The notes under the pieces are model-generated. The model worked only from the letters and a program-made list of their open reading frames with translations, ran no database searches and had not been told where the DNA came from. A stretch of 64,000 nt of DNA from a bacterium (GTDB lineage Bacteria > SZUA-182 > SZUA-191 > JAJRXT01), in contig JAJRXT010000085.1 in assembly GCA_024276125.1 (NCBI GenBank), positions 20,580-84,579 on the forward strand, read 5' to 3'. Numbering within the stretch: the first letter of the stretch is position 1; every line of letters begins with the position of its first letter. Positions 44,735-55,139 of the stretch are shown here, piece by piece. The position numbers were made by a program, and so were the translations under genes.

Positions 44735-45349
44735 TTTTGGTTCTCCTGTTGTTAACCCTTATATAATTTGACAAGCTGTTTAAAGTCAAAAAGTACTACA
44801 TAGAATGTTCATCTGCTTTATTCATACAATTAAGAGTAAAATCATTACAAGATAAAATGGCCTTAAAGAGTTTAATTTATTAAAAGGCAATTAATTGGAA
44901 GTTTAAAAAAGGCTTAATTTTATGTTAGATATACTTTGCGTAGAATAAAGCTTGGATAATTCGGCTTAAAAATTATTGAGGGGGGGGGAACCGAATGATA
45001 TTTATAATAGCCAATGATTGACTATTATGTCAATTACGCCTGCACTTGCAGCTAATCACAGCTACAAGTATTTTATTTACCTTAAAACGACTTTATTTAT
45101 TAATCAGGGCAAAAATATGCTCAACTTATTATAAAACAACATAATAGACAAGGTATCTATAAGCACAATTTGGATTGATAAATTTATTGATTAGAAGCAT
45201 ATATGCTCTATAAGCATAATTGTATAAATATCTATAATTTGTGTTATCTGTATTCTAAAAATCCGACAACATAGAGCATCTTACCTACTCTTGGAGAGCT
45301 TAATAATTATTATCCTAAATAAACGAATCACCAGTAGTCCACCTGGGAT

Positions 45350-47167
45350 TTAAGGAATATCATAAATAAAAATAGAGTAACCTATTCTGGCGATAGGCTC
45401 ATATTTTTTTAGCCAAGTATAGCAGTCCCTTCTATAATCCTTGGTTGGCGGATAAAATCCTTGCAGTTTGGTAACGCTTACCGCTAAAATACCCGACGTC
45501 GGTTCATTACAAGCAAGCTCTTCATACTCAATCCCTTTAAGATAATATTTGGGTGATTCAAAGTAGCCGTAATAAGCCAATTTTATCTTCTTTATGTTAT
45601 TTTCATCCAAATATGTACGCAATCCCTTTAAATCCTGTCCCCAGTCAATATTAGCATCAACCAGGTATTTATAGCCATTAGCCGGCCCGCCGATAAATTC
45701 ATTAAAATATGACAGATGATGAGGATATATAAAAGCCGCAGCGCCTGTATACCAACTCAAAAGGATTACTAATACCGCTGTCTTTATCCATTTATTTTTT
45801 TCAATAATTATATTTATGATTTTGCCGGCATATACAAACAAAAATGGATAAATCGGTAAAATATGCTTTATTCCATAATTAGTTTTAGAGCGGGTTGAAA
45901 GAAGCATAAGAAATAATGGAACAACCAAGATGAATATCTCATCTAAAAACAACTTGTTAGCTTTAACTTGTGCAGGGTATTCAAAGACTACGTTTCGCTT
46001 AACCCAGGGGATTTTTTTTGCCCCCAAGTAATATATTGACAAAAACAAGAAAATTAAAATAGTAGTAATCGGCGTTTTTATTAAAAAAGCAAAAGGGAAA
46101 TAATACCACCATCCATATTGCTGATGTTTCCCCATTAAAAAATTGGTATGCCACCCCCAACTGGAAACCCTGATTGCCGCAAATACGCTTCTTACATAGG
46201 TTATTAAAGGTAAGGGCGTCGTTTCCATAAAGCTATATGCTTTATTTTTAAGTACCTCTAAATCTCCGTGATAAAATTTTCCTACATATTCATTAACAAA
46301 GGTGTCTATATCAGAATGCGGACGATGTAAAGGGGAATAACGCCTCTCTAGTTGAAATCCGTAACCCGCCCAAAGGGTAACAATACTTATAACAAAAATC
46401 AATGTTACCGATAAGAATATATTGGAGTATCTGTTCGGCTTTAAATTAGCAAATTTGGGCGTAAATTCCTTGACTTTATAAATAAATAGCAAAGCTATTA
46501 TTACATAAGCCGGATAAAGCAGAACCAAAGCAGTAACTTTGCCCAGTTGAGCCAGACCCAAAGTAATCCCTGCTAAAATAAGATTTTTCAGGCAGGGATT
46601 TTGAAAATAGCGCCAGAAAAAGTAAGCGCTTACAAATATAAAACAGGCTCCCACAAAATCACAAATTGTAAGATTGGCCTGAGCCAGAATATTGGGGGAT
46701 AGAACATAAAAAAACAAGGCAAGTAACCCTGCATTCTGTCCATAAAGTAATTCTGCCCACTTATAAACCAAATATCCCAAAAATAAAGATAAAACAATAA
46801 GCGCCAACCGACCGGTAAAAATGATTTTATTTGGATTTATATTGTTTTTCCAAACAAATTCATAACCAAAGCCCAAAAAACAGTCATATCCGCCCTTATA
46901 TGGCAAAAATTCGGCATCCTTCCAATACTTACTGTCCAGCGGAACTTTAAGATTGTCCAAAAAAAGTAATGGAATAGCCCCAATTATATTTGCCAAAGGC
47001 GGATTAGGCAGATTTAACCTAAAATCAAAAGTCTTTAAAATGGCGATTCCCTGAGCCAGGTGGTTAGTCTCATCAACCGTAGGCGTATTGTAAACAGCGC
47101 TTCCTAACAGAAGAAAAAAATGGACTGTTAAAAGCAGAACGATTATGTATGATTTATAATTTTTCAT
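45350..47167 (-). CDS. GT-C (GT39/ArnT/PMT-like) membrane glycosyltransferase
   Basis: PTVDE..H, NPPL, SPNILA, WWYYFP.AFLIKTP, YFNEFIGGP.NGYKYLVDANIDWGQDL. Confidence 0.85.
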   Translation of the reverse strand: MKNYKSYIIVLLLTVHFFLLLGSAVYNTPTVDETNHLAQGIAILKTFDFRLNLPNPPLANIIGAIPLLFLDNLKVPLDSKYWKDAEFLPYKGGYDCFLGFGYEFVWKNNINPNKIIFTGRLALIVLSLFLGYLVYKWAELLYGQNAGLLALFFYVLSPNILAQANLTICDFVGACFIFVSAYFFWRYFQNPCLKNLILAGITLGLAQLGKVTALVLLYPAYVIIALLFIYKVKEFTPKFANLKPNRYSNIFLSVTLIFVISIVTLWAGYGFQLERRYSPLHRPHSDIDTFVNEYVGKFYHGDLEVLKNKAYSFMETTPLPLITYVRSVFAAIRVSSWGWHTNFLMGKHQQYGWWYYFPFAFLIKTPITTILIFLFLSIYYLGAKKIPWVKRNVVFEYPAQVKANKLFLDEIFILVVPLFLMLLSTRSKTNYGIKHILPIYPFLFVYAGKIINIIIEKNKWIKTAVLVILLSWYTGAAAFIYPHHLSYFNEFIGGPANGYKYLVDANIDWGQDLKGLRTYLDENNIKKIKLAYYGYFESPKYYLKGIEYEELACNEPTSGILAVSVTKLQGFYPPTKDYRRDCYTWLKKYEPIARIGYSIFIYDIP

Positions 47168-47715
47168 TTATCTATTGGCAATTTGCGTATTATTTTAAAG
47201 GGAATACCGGCAACTACAGTTTCATCAGGAACATCCTTATTGATTAAACTACAAGCCCCCACAAAAGAATTTTTCCCTATAGTTACTCCAGGCAATATCG
47301 TGCTATTGATGCCAACAAAACATCCCGATTTAAATACTACCGATTTTGAAACTGGCGGAAAAAATGATTGTAATGGATGGTCATTATATCCCACATTAGT
47401 ATGAGTTAGGATTAAGCATCGTTCAGATATAGTAATATGATCTTCCAACCTGATTTCATTGGCTAAATCAAACAATACCTGATTACCGATAAAACAATTA
47501 TTACCTATAGTCAATCCACGAAAACCCCGACGGTAAAAATTTATAAATTCTGTATTGTGAATAAGTGTATTTTGACCAATTTGGCTTCCATATAAACGTA
47601 AAAGCAGAACTCTTAATTGCGGGAGAAGTAAAGGAAATCGAATAAGAGAAGTTTGAAATAGGCCAAAGCAAAATTTTAATGATTTTTTAATTCCTATTTC
47701 TGTTAATGCCTTCAT
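47164..47715 (-). CDS. Hexapeptide-repeat O-acyltransferase
   Basis: IGNNCFIG, ILPGVTIG.NS.VGA.S....DVP...VVAG.P. Confidence 0.9.
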   Translation of the reverse strand: MKALTEIGIKKSLKFCFGLFQTSLIRFPLLLPQLRVLLLRLYGSQIGQNTLIHNTEFINFYRRGFRGLTIGNNCFIGNQVLFDLANEIRLEDHITISERCLILTHTNVGYNDHPLQSFFPPVSKSVVFKSGCFVGINSTILPGVTIGKNSFVGACSLINKDVPDETVVAGIPFKIIRKLPIDK

Positions 47716-48452
47716 TACTTAACTTTTTTTCTCTTATACTGTTTAAACTGCCACAAATTTTTTAGATAATCAATACTATCAGAAAAAACATTTACTTTTG
47801 ACACCTTATCTGTACGCCTGATAAACAAGCAGGGCAATTCCTTGATTTTTAATCTATGCTGTTGAGAAAGCACCATTATCTCCGTATCCCAGAACCAGCC
47901 ATTATTCTTACACTCTGTTATTACCGGCAATATTTTTTCCCGATCAAAAAATTTAAATCCGGTTTCCGTATCCAGTAAAGACATCCCCAAGAAATACCTG
48001 CTTAATTTACGATAACCAATACTTAAAATGTGTCGGGGAATTGCTTTTAGGTGTATTTTATATATGCGGTGCGCAGTACAAATATCATAATCTTCGCTCT
48101 CAATCGCCCAAATCATGGAAGGGATATATCGGGCGTGTACCTCTAAATCAATATCAAGAAAACCTACTATTCTGCCTTTAGCCAATTTAATACCTTCACA
48201 TACTGTTCCGCCCCGCCCTACATTTTGTTTATGAAAGATATAGCTCATATGCGGCTGGTTTTCAACTATCTTTAAAATCAATTCACGCGTATTATCCTGG
48301 CTGCAATCATCAATGAAAATCAACTCGTAGCTGTAGTTAGTCTGAGACATTACATTTTCTATTTCCTGCACACTGTCAATCAACAAGTCTTCTTCATTGT
48401 AGCAGGCTATAATTATGGATAAGTCGTACTTGTTTTTACTCCTATTTTTCAT
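47715..48452 (-). CDS. GT2 glycosyltransferase (polyprenol-phosphate glycosyltransferase-like)
   Basis: SIIIACYNEE, IDDCSQDNT, N.GRG, FLDID, DTETGFK, W.WDTE. Confidence 0.9.
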   Translation of the reverse strand: MKNRSKNKYDLSIIIACYNEEDLLIDSVQEIENVMSQTNYSYELIFIDDCSQDNTRELILKIVENQPHMSYIFHKQNVGRGGTVCEGIKLAKGRIVGFLDIDLEVHARYIPSMIWAIESEDYDICTAHRIYKIHLKAIPRHILSIGYRKLSRYFLGMSLLDTETGFKFFDREKILPVITECKNNGWFWDTEIMVLSQQHRLKIKELPCLFIRRTDKVSKVNVFSDSIDYLKNLWQFKQYKRKKVK

Positions 48453-49963
48453 AAAGAATCTTTGCTCTCAAAAAGATAAGCCGTTACAGTATCTGGATTA
48501 TAAACAATATCAAAAGATTGATTAATGAAAGAAATTATCTCGCGACCAGTGAATAAATTGATTTTAATGTCATCCACTAATACCCATACCCGACGTTTTT
48601 CTGTATTTAATAAACTTTGTAATTTAGGTATACTCCCTAAAAGCCGATAACCATAGCCTTTAGTGTCAACTTCAAAATCCCATTTAACCCATTTGCCCCC
48701 AACGCGACGCTGGGACAAAAAATAATCAGACGCTCTTATATAAAGCTCGGTAACCCAAGGATTATTAGAAATTAAAATATCATCATCCCGAATGTTCTCC
48801 TTTACAAACAAATAAGTTTCTTTTACCCTGCGAGGCGTATAACCAAATGAAAAAAAACTTGTCATTTTAGCCATTCTAAAGGTAAAAATTGAAAGAGATA
48901 TTAATATAATTGGAATAAAAATAGCTTTATTAATTGATGATTTATTTATTAAATTACCAAAATTATTATAAATGGATTTAGCGATTTTAGTTAGAGAATA
49001 AGATAATAATATTATATACAGCGGATTTAAATTAGATATATACCGGAAATTTCCTATAGGGGAAATTAAAGAAACTATAATCATCCCTACAAAAAATGAG
49101 AGATAATAAAAAAAAGCCCTTTTATCACGCTCAAAATATACATACAATATTCCGAGAAAAACAATGGGTAAACTATTAGGATTTAACTTATCCAGCAGAT
49201 TAAAATACCCAAGAGAACTCTTCATAGCTCCAATTTTCAACCCTCCCAATGCACTAGCGGCAAAAGGCGTAAACATGCGCGAGCTACTATAAAAAAGAAC
49301 AATCCAGTAAGCACATCCTGTCAGAACCATCCCTCCTAGTAAGTATTTGTCTTTAAACCACTTGCCTTTTTTGATTATCATTAAAGATAATAAAAAAATT
49401 GGGATCAATTCTATTGATAATCTGTGTGAAAATATAGCTCCTAAAAACGAAACAATACAACAAAGTTTATACTTATTATTATCTTTTTCAATAAAACCCT
49501 TATAAAAAAGAAACAAGGTAAGTATAAAGAAAAATTCAAAAGTCATATAAAACCGGGGAGAAACTGAATATAAATTTTCTATTTTACTAAAAGTTAGAAA
49601 CAAAACAGCTAAAAGCCCGGTATGTTTATTATCTATATTACAAGCTGTCGCAAACACCAAAAGCAAAAGCAACATACTTAAAATTATGCTTATACTCCTG
49701 GTGGAAAAGTCATTTATACCAAATAGATATATAGGAATTGCCAGCAAATAATGTCCCAGCATGCTCCTAAAATACAACTTTCCCGACCTGAAAACAGGAA
49801 TTCCATGTTCGGTAATTCCTTTGGCAGCTAAAATGCTTAAACCCTCGTCATCGCTATAAGCATTACGTGAAGCAGACCAAATTCGGTGACTAAAGTTAAC
49901 AACTAACATCATTGCCAAAAGTGTGTAAATCACAAAATTTTTGCTTTTAACGATACTTTTCAT
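48449..49963 (-). CDS. GT-C (GT39-like) membrane glycosyltransferase
   Basis: SDDE after TM1, FG.NDFS.R, R.YM motif, many TM helices. Confidence 0.75.
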   Translation of the reverse strand: MKSIVKSKNFVIYTLLAMMLVVNFSHRIWSASRNAYSDDEGLSILAAKGITEHGIPVFRSGKLYFRSMLGHYLLAIPIYLFGINDFSTRSISIILSMLLLLLVFATACNIDNKHTGLLAVLFLTFSKIENLYSVSPRFYMTFEFFFILTLFLFYKGFIEKDNNKYKLCCIVSFLGAIFSHRLSIELIPIFLLSLMIIKKGKWFKDKYLLGGMVLTGCAYWIVLFYSSSRMFTPFAASALGGLKIGAMKSSLGYFNLLDKLNPNSLPIVFLGILYVYFERDKRAFFYYLSFFVGMIIVSLISPIGNFRYISNLNPLYIILLSYSLTKIAKSIYNNFGNLINKSSINKAIFIPIILISLSIFTFRMAKMTSFFSFGYTPRRVKETYLFVKENIRDDDILISNNPWVTELYIRASDYFLSQRRVGGKWVKWDFEVDTKGYGYRLLGSIPKLQSLLNTEKRRVWVLVDDIKINLFTGREIISFINQSFDIVYNPDTVTAYLFESKDSL

Positions 49964-49979
49964 ATTATACGGAACATTA

Positions 49980-51131
49980 TTAAAGTAAAACAGTCTTAAC
50001 AGCGCTAATTACATCTTCTACATCTTTATCCGTCAATTTGGCCGATAGCGGCAGGGAAATAGTTCTTTCAGAGATATATTCGGCATTAGGAAAATCCCCG
50101 TATTTATAATGATAGGTATTGCGATAATAAGGATGTAAGTGTAAGGCAATATAGTGTATTCCAGTACCTATATTCTCCCTAATAAGAGCATTTAACACGC
50201 TGTCTCTGTCGGCGCCGACAGCTTGCAGATCAAGCAGTACAGTATATAGGTGTAAGGCATGCCGGTTATTTTTTTGTATAGGGGCAGGGCTTTGAAGCGG
50301 TAGGTCTTTTAATTTATAATTATAGGTATCCCAAATTGCTTGTCTTCTTTTATAACGACGCTCTAATTTTTGCAGTTGATGGATTCCCAAAGCAGCCTGA
50401 AGATCGGTCATATTATATTTAAAACCCGGAAAGATTACCTTGTAGTGTTTAAAACCTTCATCAGAATACCTCTTCCAAGCATCTTTGTCCATACCATGTA
50501 AGGCGTACATCTTGATTTTATCAGCGTATTCTCGGTTATCGGTAGTTATCATCCCACCCTCGCCGGTAACTAAATTTTTGGTTACATAAAAACTAAAAGT
50601 AGCAATATCTCCCAATTGTCCTACCTTTTGGTTTTGATATTCTGTTTCTATCGCATGCGCGCAGTCACTGATTACTTTGAGCCTATATTTTTTGGCAAGT
50701 TCTAAAATAGCCTGCATATTACAAGGCCGGCCGGCAAAATGAACTGGAATAATGGCTTTGGTTTTTGTGGTAATTTTTTTTTCGATCTCATTAGGGTCAA
50801 TATTCATGGTATCCCGTACTACGTCGGCAAATACGGGTTTGGCGCCGGCATGAATAATAGCATTAGCTGTAGCGCAAAAAGTCAGCGGCGTGGTAATGAC
50901 CTCGTCGCCATGGCCTATTCCAGCCACAATCATGGATAGATGTAGAGCCGCCGTACAAGAAGACAGAGCAATACTATATTGAGAGCCTATATATTCCCTA
51001 AACATTTGCTCAAATTTGGCAACCTTTGGACCGGTGCCTATCCAGCCCGAACGCAAGGCGGCGTCTACTTCCTTAATCTCATCTTTCTCAATCAGGGGGC
51101 TGCCAAAAACCAGAAATTTATCTCTCATCAT
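49980..51131 (-). CDS. DegT/DnrJ/EryC1/StrS sugar aminotransferase
   Basis: SSCTAALHL, IIPVHFAG, DCAHA, SFYVTKNLVTGEGG, GFKYNMTD.QAA.G. Confidence 0.95.
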   Translation of the reverse strand: MMRDKFLVFGSPLIEKDEIKEVDAALRSGWIGTGPKVAKFEQMFREYIGSQYSIALSSCTAALHLSMIVAGIGHGDEVITTPLTFCATANAIIHAGAKPVFADVVRDTMNIDPNEIEKKITTKTKAIIPVHFAGRPCNMQAILELAKKYRLKVISDCAHAIETEYQNQKVGQLGDIATFSFYVTKNLVTGEGGMITTDNREYADKIKMYALHGMDKDAWKRYSDEGFKHYKVIFPGFKYNMTDLQAALGIHQLQKLERRYKRRQAIWDTYNYKLKDLPLQSPAPIQKNNRHALHLYTVLLDLQAVGADRDSVLNALIRENIGTGIHYIALHLHPYYRNTYHYKYGDFPNAEYISERTISLPLSAKLTDKDVEDVISAVKTVLL

Positions 51132-51414
51132 CAACCTGTTTTTTTTTAAGCAATTATATTTAGGCATGTTCTGTCAACTTATAAAGACAGGTGTTATTTT
51201 ACAGAATATTTACGTTTTGTCAACGACAAACCCAGATACGCTATTAGCCAATAACATGTTAAACACTCATTAAGTCACCTTTTGACATTTGGATTTAGAA
51301 CTTTTTGAGCATCCAAAACCAATTTTTGCGTAACATGAGTTAGTAAAATGTATGCTATTATTATGAGAGTTATTATAAGGACTATAATTTATCGTAAGAG
51401 ATTTTTAACCGATT

Positions 51415-51675
51415 ATGTGGTATGTTTATATCCTAAAATGCAATGACCAAACCCTGTATACGGGTATAACAACCGATTTAGAAAGACGCCTGGAAGAACA
51501 CAACACCTCCAGCCGAGGCGCCAAATATACCAGAAGCAGAAGACCTGTTGAAATTGTTTATTCCAGTAAATTTCCCCATAAATCAGCCGCTCAAAAAGAA
51601 GAATATCGAATTAAAAAATTAAATAAAGCGGAAAAACTCAACATTATAAAAAATATATCATCCAATAAAAATTAA
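51415..51675 (+). CDS. GIY-YIG nuclease (YazA/UPF0213-like)
   Basis: WYVYILKC.D.TLYTGITTDL.RR..EHN...GAKYTR.RRPV. Confidence 0.92.
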   Translation: MWYVYILKCNDQTLYTGITTDLERRLEEHNTSSRGAKYTRSRRPVEIVYSSKFPHKSAAQKEEYRIKKLNKAEKLNIIKNISSNKN

Positions 51676-51691
51676 AGGAAAACAAAATACA

Positions 51692-52045
51692 GTGCGCAAA
51701 GATATTGATTTGGAATATTTAAACAATCTATTACAAGAAAAACTTGCGGTCATAATCGCAAGACGCAAAGGTCAAGAAGAGGACGAAGCGCCGGTTAAAT
51801 TGGACCAATCCAAAGTAGGCCGTATCTCGCGTATGGACGCCATACAACAGCAGGCTATGGCTAAAGCCAGCGGACGTCGTACAGAAATTGAGCGCAAACG
51901 CATCATAGCAGCGCTTGACCGCATACAATCCGGCGCTTATGGTTACTGCTTGAAGTGCGAAGAGGAAATAGCCGAAGCGCGCCTGCGTTTTGATCCAAGC
52001 GCATTTCTCTGCATATCCTGCGCTCAATATGCAGAAAGAAAGTAA
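51692..52045 (+). CDS. TraR/DksA C4-type zinc-finger protein
   Basis: LDQS.VGR.SRMDA.QQQAM, GAYGYCLKC.E.I...RL...P...LC..CA. Confidence 0.92.
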   Translation: MRKDIDLEYLNNLLQEKLAVIIARRKGQEEDEAPVKLDQSKVGRISRMDAIQQQAMAKASGRRTEIERKRIIAALDRIQSGAYGYCLKCEEEIAEARLRFDPSAFLCISCAQYAERK

Positions 52046-52066
52046 AACTTGGAACGCTTTACCCGG

Positions 52067-53038
52067 CTAACCCAAATCTGATGTTACTGTCTCCACCAAT
52101 AACCTGGCCAAAAGCGGCACTAACAGTTCAATCATGCCGATTAATTCATAACCGGTGGCAAATGTGCCGGTAGAGCGCTTTACCACATTCATTAAGGGTC
52201 TGTATTCCGATAAATGATCAATATTTGCGGTTTGATAGTTTTTTATTCCATCCCCCAAATTATTCGCTAAAGTTAACGCCTTTAAAAATGTTTCCGGTAA
52301 GACTACGCTTGAGCCTATATTTATATATACGCCGCCGTCATCCAAATTGCGCAGCGAATTAGACAGCTTATAAAAATCAGCCAGACTGGCAGCGCCGGTA
52401 GCCGCGCCATCCATAGACTGCTGCATGTGGATTATATCCGTACCCATAGCTACATGAACCGTAGTATTGATTCCTAAGCGATAAGCGCTGGCTAAGATAC
52501 TGTAATCCGTATAAGGGGCTTTCTGCTATGTAAGCCTGCGGCCTATAGCGTAACCAAAACCCGTATTATCAGTATACGCATCCCTTGCAGCGCCGTTTAT
52601 AAGTTCTCCGGTTTCATGAGCCATACCGAATTGTCCGGTTTGGATTCTACCGCCCATTTCCTCGGAAGTCTCGCCGATTAGGGCTATTTCCGTATCGTGA
52701 ATAGCTCCTGCGCCGTTTAGCGCCACTCCGGTAATAAGCCCCTTTTCCATTAAATCAATAATCAGCGGGGATAAACCGTATTTTATCACATGCGGGCCTA
52801 TGCCCCAAATAATCGCTCGTTTTTTGGCTTTGGCTTTATTTATGCGCTCTATCAGGTTAATCATATTTTGGGCGGCGTTTGTCCTTTTCCCCACAGTGGG
52901 TAATGAATCTAAAAAATCGGCAAGCGAGCCGCCCTTTTGACATACCCGTGCAAAGTCTTTAATTTTAACCAGATTCTCTCTTTCTTTTATGGAATAAGTT
53001 TTTATTTTGCTAACATCAATTTGATTGTTATCTTGCAT
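52067..53038 (-). pseudogene. Deoxyhypusine-synthase-like protein split by in-frame TAG (52526-52528)
   Basis: G.GPHVIK.GL, NGAG.IHD.E.A..G.TSE, then RRLT*QKAPY..YSILA.AY..GI..TVHVA.GTDIIH and N.GS.V.LPE.FLKA, all in one frame. Confidence 0.75.
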
Positions 53039-53043
53039 TTTAT

Positions 53044-53541
53044 TTATATCCCTTCATTACAGGCAATGATTTTATTGATCAAATCAGTTGTGGAATAGCC
53101 CTCATCAATTTCAAATGTTCTAAATTGACCCCCGAACCGCTCCACTAAATCCTTTTCCTGTTTTATTCTGTCTAAAACATACGTCCCGCCTTTTACATGA
53201 AAATCCGGTTTTATTTCAGCTAATAATCCTAATGGATTATCATCATCAAATATAACCACATAATCTACAAAGTATAAAGAAGCCAGCATTTCTGCGCGAT
53301 CAGCTTCAGAATTTATAGGGCGCGAATCCCCCTTTAATTTCTTAACTGAATTATCACTGTTTATCGCTACCACTAAAACATCGCCCAATTGCTTTGCTTT
53401 TCTTAAATATCTGGTATGCCCTATGTGAATAATATCAAAGGCGCCGTTGGTAGTAACTATTTTTTTGTTTTCTTGTCTAAATTTAGCCGCAAGACGGCTT
53501 ATTTGATCAATAGTTTTTATTTTATCTTTAATTTTATTCAT
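53044..53541 (-). CDS. rfaE2: D-glycero-beta-D-manno-heptose 1-phosphate adenylyltransferase (RfaE domain II)
   Basis: TNGAFDIIHIGH, LVVAINSDNSV..LKG..RPIN, VKGG.Y, STT.LI; start moved past the upstream repeat. Confidence 0.88.
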   Translation of the reverse strand: MNKIKDKIKTIDQISRLAAKFRQENKKIVTTNGAFDIIHIGHTRYLRKAKQLGDVLVVAINSDNSVKKLKGDSRPINSEADRAEMLASLYFVDYVVIFDDDNPLGLLAEIKPDFHVKGGTYVLDRIKQEKDLVERFGGQFRTFEIDEGYSTTDLINKIIACNEGI

Positions 53542-53624
53542 TTTATTTGATTGGTTAATATCTTGTAGCAACCGACCAAAAGGCTCGGCCATGTGGCGGG
53601 TTTAAAAACCCGCGGCTGCATACC

Positions 53625-53702
53625 TGTCATTCTGAACAAAGCGGAGCGCAGTGAAGAATCTACCCCCATATGCAAGTAAGACCCTTCGGCCTCAGAATGA
53701 CA
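53625..53702. repeat. REP-like GTCATTCTGAA...GAAGAATCT / AGA..CTTC...AGAATGAC family (also 58935-59020, 61958-62104)
   Basis: Recurrent inverted-repeat pairs between genes. Confidence 0.7.
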
Positions 53703-53793
53703 GCCAATTGTATTCTTTTTGTTAAAATGCCGTATTACATTCGGTTGCTTAAACCTAATGTATTATACTCTAAGCATAGCAAAATTGCATTTA

Positions 53794-54594
53794 TTATTTT
53801 CTTCCATATACAAACAAAACCTCATAAGTTGCCAGTATACGCCCATTTTGAGCATATTCTTGTTTATACAGCGCATCTAAGCGCCTAAATATTTTAGGAC
53901 TGAACATACCGAGCGGACGGTCTATGGAAGCATTAAGCGCTCCTATCTGTTTTAATGCTCTAAGTAGATTTTGAATACCCTTATATTCTATAATATAAGG
54001 GTATAAATCAACTTTATCCGGCGTTAAGCCGGCTGTTTGCAGTATATCAATAATAGCATCTTTTTTAACAAAATCATGCGTATATACGGGCTTATCCTGC
54101 TTATATTCTTTATAAGCTTTTGTAAAGCAATCACGCAATTCATATAAGGTATTTTCCGTAAATATAGACAGCCCAAATTTACCCGCCGGTTTTAATACCC
54201 TTTTTATTTCCAATAGCGCCCTTTGCAAATTGTCAATCCATTGATAGGCCAGATTGGATATTACCAGATCAACCGATTTATCTTTATAACATAAAAATTC
54301 CGCATCCATGGTAACAGGATAAATACAGTTAAACTGCCTTGCAGTATTTTCAACTACATATTTATTCATACCGTGAGCAATATCGCCGCCGAAAATTTGG
54401 ATATCCTTAAACTGGCAAGCTAGCTTTTTAGCTAAAAAACCTGTACCCATGCCAATATCCAATATATTTACCGATTTTTTTATACTAATTCCGTCAATCA
54501 GCTTGCAGCCTACCTTACGCTGTAGTTCGGCAGCCTTATCATATAATGCGGCCTTGCGCGAAAAGGATGCTTTTATTTTGGATTTATCCAGCAT
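53794..54594 (-). CDS. bioC: Malonyl-ACP O-methyltransferase BioC-like
   Basis: DK..IK.SFSR.A..YD..A.LQ, ILDIGMGTG, SNLAYQW, TL.EL, LK.IGA, ATYEV. Confidence 0.85.
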   Translation of the reverse strand: MLDKSKIKASFSRKAALYDKAAELQRKVGCKLIDGISIKKSVNILDIGMGTGFLAKKLACQFKDIQIFGGDIAHGMNKYVVENTARQFNCIYPVTMDAEFLCYKDKSVDLVISNLAYQWIDNLQRALLEIKRVLKPAGKFGLSIFTENTLYELRDCFTKAYKEYKQDKPVYTHDFVKKDAIIDILQTAGLTPDKVDLYPYIIEYKGIQNLLRALKQIGALNASIDRPLGMFSPKIFRRLDALYKQEYAQNGRILATYEVLFVYGRK

Positions 54595-55139
54595 ATTACC
54601 CTGCTAGTGCTTAATTGCATAAGTTCATATCGTTATTTGCTAAAGCGACAAAATACATTATAAATCAATATGATGAATACCTTTAAGCACTTTTCCTCAT
54701 TTTATAACATGTTGTATTTATTGATAGTAATAATGTCTTAAAATAGACGCTTTAATACAATTAAGCGCTAGTTGATTATATTGGTATGTATGGGCGGTGG
54801 CTTGTCCCCGCCCGCTATTCGGCGATGCTGTTGACTTAACCCGCATATTTCATGAGACATAGCAAATATCTGCGGAAACAGCTTATAAAACAAGACAATA
54901 GCACAACGTCTAAGAAAACACAATTTGTATTTTTAATCTTTTTGATTGGAAGCGTAAAACGTCTATAATTTCAAGAAGATACACATTCCGTCAGATTAAC
55001 TCCCGAATTATTCGGGTTAAGGCTGTGTAACTGTCATTCCCGTGAAAACGGGAATTTATGTTTCGGGATGTCTCATCCCGAAACAATTGCTCACAGCTGG
55101 GTGTTTCGGGGTGGGATACCCCGAAACATACGAAACATC

